64,000 bases of DNA, from NCBI GenBank assembly GCA_028825265.1, contig JAPKAM010000002.1, positions 4,420-68,419 of the forward strand, in the 5' to 3' direction. The notes under the pieces are model-generated. The model saw nothing but the letters and a program-made list of their open reading frames with translations, made no database searches and was not told the DNA's origin. Shown piece after piece: positions 60,401-64,000 of the stretch. Source of the DNA: Planctomycetota bacterium. Lineage in GTDB: Bacteria; Planctomycetota; UBA8108; UBA1146. The translations under genes and the position numbers were made by a program. Every line of letters begins with the position of its first letter. Position 1 is the stretch's first letter.

Positions 60401-60878
60401 CCACGCACTCGGTGTCCCAGGAATCCAACTGACGACTGGAGCCCATGATGATTACCACCGTCCAGGGGATACAGCCGACAAGGTTGACGCTGCAGGAATG
60501 GTGCAAGTCGCGACATGGTTACGGGAAGCACTGTTGTACCTATCGGATCGTACCGAGCCGCTGACCTCGACCCTGGATGGGGCGGCGGGAACCACCACAG
60601 CTCCTGCCGCCGGGAGAAGGGTGTTTCTGGGCACGATTCCTGATTTCGCTGACACCGGTCCGGGTGTCAGGATCGAAGGAGTGGTGAAAGATTCTCCTGC
60701 CCAAGCGGCGGGACTGCGAGAGGGAGATCGTCTCCTCTCGCTGGACGGTACCGCCATCGATGACCTGCGGGGCTACTCGAACCTGCTGAAACAGTTGGAA
60801 GCGGGAGATACCGTGTTGCTGGTGATCGAACGGAAGGCTGACGTCTTCGAGGTGAATGTGGTCCTGAGAAAACGTTAA
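57483..60878 (+). CDS. Secreted M1-like + M28 metallopeptidase fusion with C-terminal PDZ domain
   Basis: PHEVLHNWWG...NWCEGL (HExxH-x18-E); AHVDHLG, GADDNASG, AEEWG, SDQVPF, YHRPGD (M28); FLGTIPD...SPAQAAGLREGD (PDZ). Confidence 0.9.
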   Translation: MHLTLILSSLLCVVPAANATGWEPHIEAEVLLHPSTGVISWRVSLSRVGLLQTHFDFPLHSGLTPQLESAGTLTQIRHGAAAGTGAALDPQRPVPRRWWRVEFEEENRDTFPVILSASGVIQEELTQIGSGAGRSFSSTPGTIEEKGVFLGGATSWLPQPERTRVSFSLQVDLPAGWTAVSQGTREAVPSESGRSIVRWISESEKPQEEIFLIAARFHEYRKVTSQVEAQVFLRDDEPNLAAKYLEATVQYVEMYSKLIGPYPYSKFALIENFWESGYGMPSFTLLGPQVIRLPFIIRSSYPHEVLHNWWGNSVYVDYSTGNWCEGLTAYLADHLMKEGEGRGAEYRRDALKKFGSYVQEGLDFPLRDFRSRHSGATEAVGYGKCLMLWHMIRLKVGDEAFKRGLQEFNSSFSFRSASFTDIANSIGAAAGTELADWMMSWIETTGAPEFRLTVDSAEELSRIGIEQVQELDPYRVQVPVFYLLKNSSEWLHEMVDFSTDEAGEIPRKQLFEVTGSLAAVRVDPFFDVFRRLDRSETPPTIGDIFGASSQLIILPSMSPRLDAWRALADSWATDGDVRIVLDTDLKEIPQDRAVWILGEPTLGVANERLRGTILSKGANSRNFERVQSAWKLPTTDPADEGPLLSPTAYSGIQVERHPDDGNLTIGLIRCLREAAIPGLARKLPHYGKYSYLLFEGDEPTNTAKGEWAAGTSPLSWTAKGVSIEEIEDTREPLARPGPVLDGDRMISDVYWLADPQLEGRENGSVGLEQATQWVADRFEEIGLQPGAPDGSFFDSWSEEELRHRTRKEPTLRNVIGVIAGTDEALTGQSVVVLAHVDHLGRGWPDVRSGNEGKIHPGADDNASGVAVMLETARIIAGTHRPARTIVFVATSAEEWGLRGARRYIESMRQWPAQRAISVISIDAVGRLSEGRLLALGTGTATEWIHIARGIGFTTGVAATAVKDDPGGSDQVPFHALGVPGIQLTTGAHDDYHRPGDTADKVDAAGMVQVATWLREALLYLSDRTEPLTSTLDGAAGTTTAPAAGRRVFLGTIPDFADTGPGVRIEGVVKDSPAQAAGLREGDRLLSLDGTAIDDLRGYSNLLKQLEAGDTVLLVIERKADVFEVNVVLRKR

Positions 60879-60930
60879 ATTCAAGTGATCAAATTTTGTT
60901 TGTTGAGTGAACTCCCACTCGAGGAAGCAA

Positions 60931-60939
60931 TGCTACTAT
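60931..60939 (+). promoter_or_regulatory. Extended -10 promoter element (TGnTACTAT) upstream of the lipid trio
   Basis: TGC-TACTAT in an AT-rich gap; no properly spaced -35; GGAGG at 60946-60950. Confidence 0.4.
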
Positions 60940-60954
60940 CGAATTGGAGGCTCT

Positions 60955-61602
60955 TTGGTCAGCGTTTATGATATCAAACCCGCATTTCAAAATCTTCTCA
61001 GGCCGGTTGTGAAGATGCTGGCGCGCATCGGAGTGACCGCCAATCAGGTCACCGTTGCAGCGATGTTGCTGTCGATCGTCACGGGGATCTGGATTCTCGA
61101 TGAGTATCACCCCTTACCATTCCTGTCGGCAGACAATTCAGAATCGGCCTCGAGCCTTTGCCTACTGCTGGCCATCCCGGTGGTCCTGCTGCTGAGGATG
61201 GTTCTCAATGCCATCGATGGGATGTTGGCCAGGGAGCACGACATGAAGTCGAGTCTCGGAGCAGTTCTCAATGAACTGGGAGACGTCATCTCGGATGCTG
61301 CTCTCTATCTTCCCCTAGCCTATGTGGCAGGATTCAATGCTGTACTTGTCGTTGGAATGGTGATCGTCGGAATCATTGCAGAGATGACCGGAGTCATTGC
61401 AGTCCAGATCGGGGCGAGCCGACGATACGATGGCCCAATGGGCAAAAGTGATCGAGCGCTAGTGGTTGGCCTTCTCTGCGGAATCGTCGGACTTGGATAC
61501 GATATTTCCAACTGGCTCGATACGATTCTTGGGGTGTTGATTGGATTGGGTGTGTTGACCATCTGGAATCGGTCGAGAAAAGCGCTTCAGGAGTGCCAAT
61601 GA
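60955..61602 (+). CDS. CDP-alcohol phosphatidyltransferase (YnbA-like)
   Basis: YDIKPAFQNLLRP; TANQVT; NAIDGMLAR...GAVLNELGDVISD; GPMGKSDRA. TTG 60955 after GGAGG. Confidence 0.88.
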   Translation: MVSVYDIKPAFQNLLRPVVKMLARIGVTANQVTVAAMLLSIVTGIWILDEYHPLPFLSADNSESASSLCLLLAIPVVLLLRMVLNAIDGMLAREHDMKSSLGAVLNELGDVISDAALYLPLAYVAGFNAVLVVGMVIVGIIAEMTGVIAVQIGASRRYDGPMGKSDRALVVGLLCGIVGLGYDISNWLDTILGVLIGLGVLTIWNRSRKALQECQ

Positions 61603-62543
61603 ACTGGTTCAGTAACCTCTCACTAGCGGTCGAGTACTCTCTCGTGGCCATCTTCTCGGTACTGATCGCTTCAACCCTCATCTTGAAACTGATCGGTTGG
61701 CTGAAGCCTGAAAAGGATCTTGGAGACCTCCCTCCAAGAATATTTTCGTGGTGGATCATCGTCTCCATGGTGACGGTGGCACTGGTTCTTCAAGAACCAT
61801 ACTCAATCATGTTCTTTGCGCTGGTCAGCTTTCTGGGACTCAAGGAATTCTATTCGATGATACCCACGCGCCGAGTAGATCGACGCGTACTCTTCTGGGC
61901 ATATCTTGCGATACCCGTTCAGTACTACTGGATTTATGATCGATGGTACGACATGTTTATCATCTTCATTCCAGTCTATCTGTTCCTGCTCTTGCCAATG
62001 AGGATGGTGTTCATCGGAGCCACCGTAGGATTCTTGAGGGCTGCGAGTTCCACGCAGTGGGGCCTGATGACATGTGTGTTTTGCATCGGCCACATCGCCT
62101 ATCTCGGGACCTTGGATGTGGAGCATGTGGGAGTTGCGGGTGGGCCGGGTCTGACGGTGATGCTATTGATCCTCACCGAGGGAAATGACATCGCACAGTA
62201 TCTCTGGGGAAAAGCTTTTGGCCGGACCAAGATCATTCCCAAGGTCAGTCCCAACAAGACCTGGGAGGGTTTCATAGGAGGATTGGCGACCACGGTGGCA
62301 TTGTCCTACTTGATTGGCCCGTACCTTTCACCATTCACCACCCAACAAGCACTGATCGCGGGGGGGTTGGTCGGTACGGCGGGCTTCATCGGGGATGTGG
62401 TGATGTCGGCGATCAAGCGAGACCTCAACATCAAGGACACGGGCGGCACTTTGCCGGGGCATGGCGGGATTCTTGATCGTGTCGACAGTCTCATCTACAC
62501 GGCTCCGATCTTCTTCCACTTCAGTTTCTGGCTGACCTTTTAA
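61593..62543 (+). CDS. Phosphatidate cytidylyltransferase (YnbB/CdsA family)
   Basis: NDIAQYLWGK; PKVSPNKTWEG; SAIKRDLNIKD.G..LPGHGGILDRVDS. Start 61593 or 61599. Confidence 0.92.
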   Translation: MPMNWFSNLSLAVEYSLVAIFSVLIASTLILKLIGWLKPEKDLGDLPPRIFSWWIIVSMVTVALVLQEPYSIMFFALVSFLGLKEFYSMIPTRRVDRRVLFWAYLAIPVQYYWIYDRWYDMFIIFIPVYLFLLLPMRMVFIGATVGFLRAASSTQWGLMTCVFCIGHIAYLGTLDVEHVGVAGGPGLTVMLLILTEGNDIAQYLWGKAFGRTKIIPKVSPNKTWEGFIGGLATTVALSYLIGPYLSPFTTQQALIAGGLVGTAGFIGDVVMSAIKRDLNIKDTGGTLPGHGGILDRVDSLIYTAPIFFHFSFWLTF

Positions 62544-62544
62544 C

Positions 62545-63189
62545 ATGATAAATCAGTTTCTGAAGGTGATGTTCCAGTGCTTGTTTGTCCGGCCATTGGT
62601 GTTGCTCTTGATCGGTTTGAATGTTCGGTTTCGGGAGAGGATTCCAGAAACCGGTCCAGCTATCATTGCTGCCAATCACAACAGCCATCTCGATTCCTTC
62701 ATCTTGCAAACCCTCTTTCCCCTGCAGATGATGAACAAGGTTCGTCCTGTGGCAGCAGCGGACTACTTCCTCAAGAACAAGTGGATCGCTTGGTTCTCAC
62801 TCAAGATCATGGGAGTCATTCCTGTGCACAGAAAGGTGCGCCACAGCGAAGGAGATCCTCTATCCGCTTGTAGTGAGGCACTGGAAGCCGGCGACATTCT
62901 CATCATTTTCCCTGAAGGCAGCCGGGGAGAGGCCGAAATGCTGGATGAGTTCAAGACGGGAGTGGCTCACCTCGCACAGCGACATCCAGAGGTCCCGGTG
63001 TATCCACTCTTTTTGCATGGGTGTGGAAAAGCACTGCCACGGGGAGAAGGTCTCTTCGTTCCCTTCTTCGTCGATGCGGTGGTGGGACAGCCGATGACCT
63101 GGAGCGGAGATCGGATGGAGTTCGTGGCGAAACTGAAGCGAGAGATCGAAAATCTGGCAGATCATTGCCAGCGGCCGGCATGGGACTGA
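62545..63189 (+). CDS. Lysophospholipid (1-acyl-sn-glycerol-3-phosphate) acyltransferase, PlsC family
   Basis: ANHNSHLD (HX4D); AAADYF; IFPEGSRG. Confidence 0.92.
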   Translation: MINQFLKVMFQCLFVRPLVLLLIGLNVRFRERIPETGPAIIAANHNSHLDSFILQTLFPLQMMNKVRPVAAADYFLKNKWIAWFSLKIMGVIPVHRKVRHSEGDPLSACSEALEAGDILIIFPEGSRGEAEMLDEFKTGVAHLAQRHPEVPVYPLFLHGCGKALPRGEGLFVPFFVDAVVGQPMTWSGDRMEFVAKLKREIENLADHCQRPAWD

Positions 63190-63216
63190 AGCAGCCGGAA
63201 CGAATCGACGGAGCGG

Positions 63217-64000
63217 TTAGACTTCTTCTCTGCCCCCGACGCCGAAGTATGCAGCGTCCGGGTGATGGAAGGCGAGTGCAGAGACACTTGCTTCTGGGTC
63301 CATCATGAATCCTTCGGTCAACTCGACGCCTAGATGCTCTTGCGGCTCGAGTAATCTCCAGAGTGCCTCCTGGCAGGAGAGGTCAGGGCAGGCGGGATAC
63401 CCGAAAGAGTATCGTTTTCCATGATATCTCGCCCGGTACAGATCAAGATTTGAAGTGCCGATGGGATCCGGGAAACCCCAGCTGGCACGGATCTCTCGGT
63501 GTACAAATTCTGCAAGTCCCTCGGCCATCTCCACGGCCAGGGCCTGAACTGCATGAGACTTCAGATACTCTCCGGAGTTCATCCAAGCACGAGATTGTTC
63601 TCGGACCTTGGAACCTGCAGTGGTCACCATCATCGTGAGGTGATCTTGCGGTGACCCATCAGAAGAGAGGGGCAAGATGTAGTCACAGATGGATTGATGA
63701 GGAGGTTTCAATTGTCGTGGAAATGGGATCATCTCGGTGGGTTTCAATGAGATCGGATCGTAAATGGTGATTTCTGTAGCCGTGGCACTCGCTGGGAAAC
63801 ACTTCCACATCGCCTTGGGCATCAGGAGTTCTCTTTGAATCGTTTCTTCAAGAAGATCTTTCATCAACAGTTGAAGACTCAAGGCTTTTTCATCTGCGGC
63901 TTCGAGCTTCTTGTTGAAGTTTCCTCGCAAGCCCATATGCCGGCCGTATAACATCTGAGGATTGATCAACGGGAAGATCTCACGTGGGTCAATTTGAGAT
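63217..64000 (-). CDS. metH: Cobalamin-dependent methionine synthase, C-terminal activation domain (5' end outside window)
   Basis: EIFPLINPQMLYGRH; AEGLAE; GKRYSFGYPACPDL; MDPEASVSA...HPDAAYF; reading frame open to the window edge. Confidence 0.92.
   Translation of the reverse strand, partial: SQIDPREIFPLINPQMLYGRHMGLRGNFNKKLEAADEKALSLQLLMKDLLEETIQRELLMPKAMWKCFPASATATEITIYDPISLKPTEMIPFPRQLKPPHQSICDYILPLSSDGSPQDHLTMMVTTAGSKVREQSRAWMNSGEYLKSHAVQALAVEMAEGLAEFVHREIRASWGFPDPIGTSNLDLYRARYHGKRYSFGYPACPDLSCQEALWRLLEPQEHLGVELTEGFMMDPEASVSALAFHHPDAAYFGVGGREEV

Overview
GC-rich bacterial chromosomal window, very probably from a Planctomycetota genome (PSCyt/DUF1549-DUF1553 protein paired with DUF1501, cysteine-flanked dockerin-like C-terminal domains, membrane Ser/Thr kinase). 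About 47 protein-coding genes; I found no rRNA, tRNA, CRISPR array, integrase or transposase. Housekeeping content: topA, mutM, icd, clpC, a complete H+-type F1Fo operon (two atpI/Z-like genes plus atpBEFHAGDC) and the 3' part of metH. The most interesting region is a ~19.5 kb co-directional run (16744-36226). It carries a complete 4-hydroxyproline-to-2-oxoglutarate pathway (epimerase, D-Hyp dehydrogenase beta subunit, fused Fe-S/alpha subunit, pyrroline-hydroxy-carboxylate deaminase, KGSA dehydrogenase). Embedded in it is a chain of four uncharacterised genes with overlapping stop/start codons (enolase-like, atypical OYE flavoenzyme, NRAMP-like transporter without the metal-binding motif, DUF993 aldolase-like) that runs straight into the dehydrogenase gene, a candidate undescribed catabolic branch. 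Other notable items: a secreted protein with a 214-aa domain duplicated in tandem plus a dockerin-like tail; a JAB/JAMM-DinG helicase fusion; an M1+M28+PDZ peptidase fusion; a TPR-gluzincin protein; and a ynbA/ynbB/plsC-like lipid trio. All assignments come from motif recognition by eye; no database search was run.
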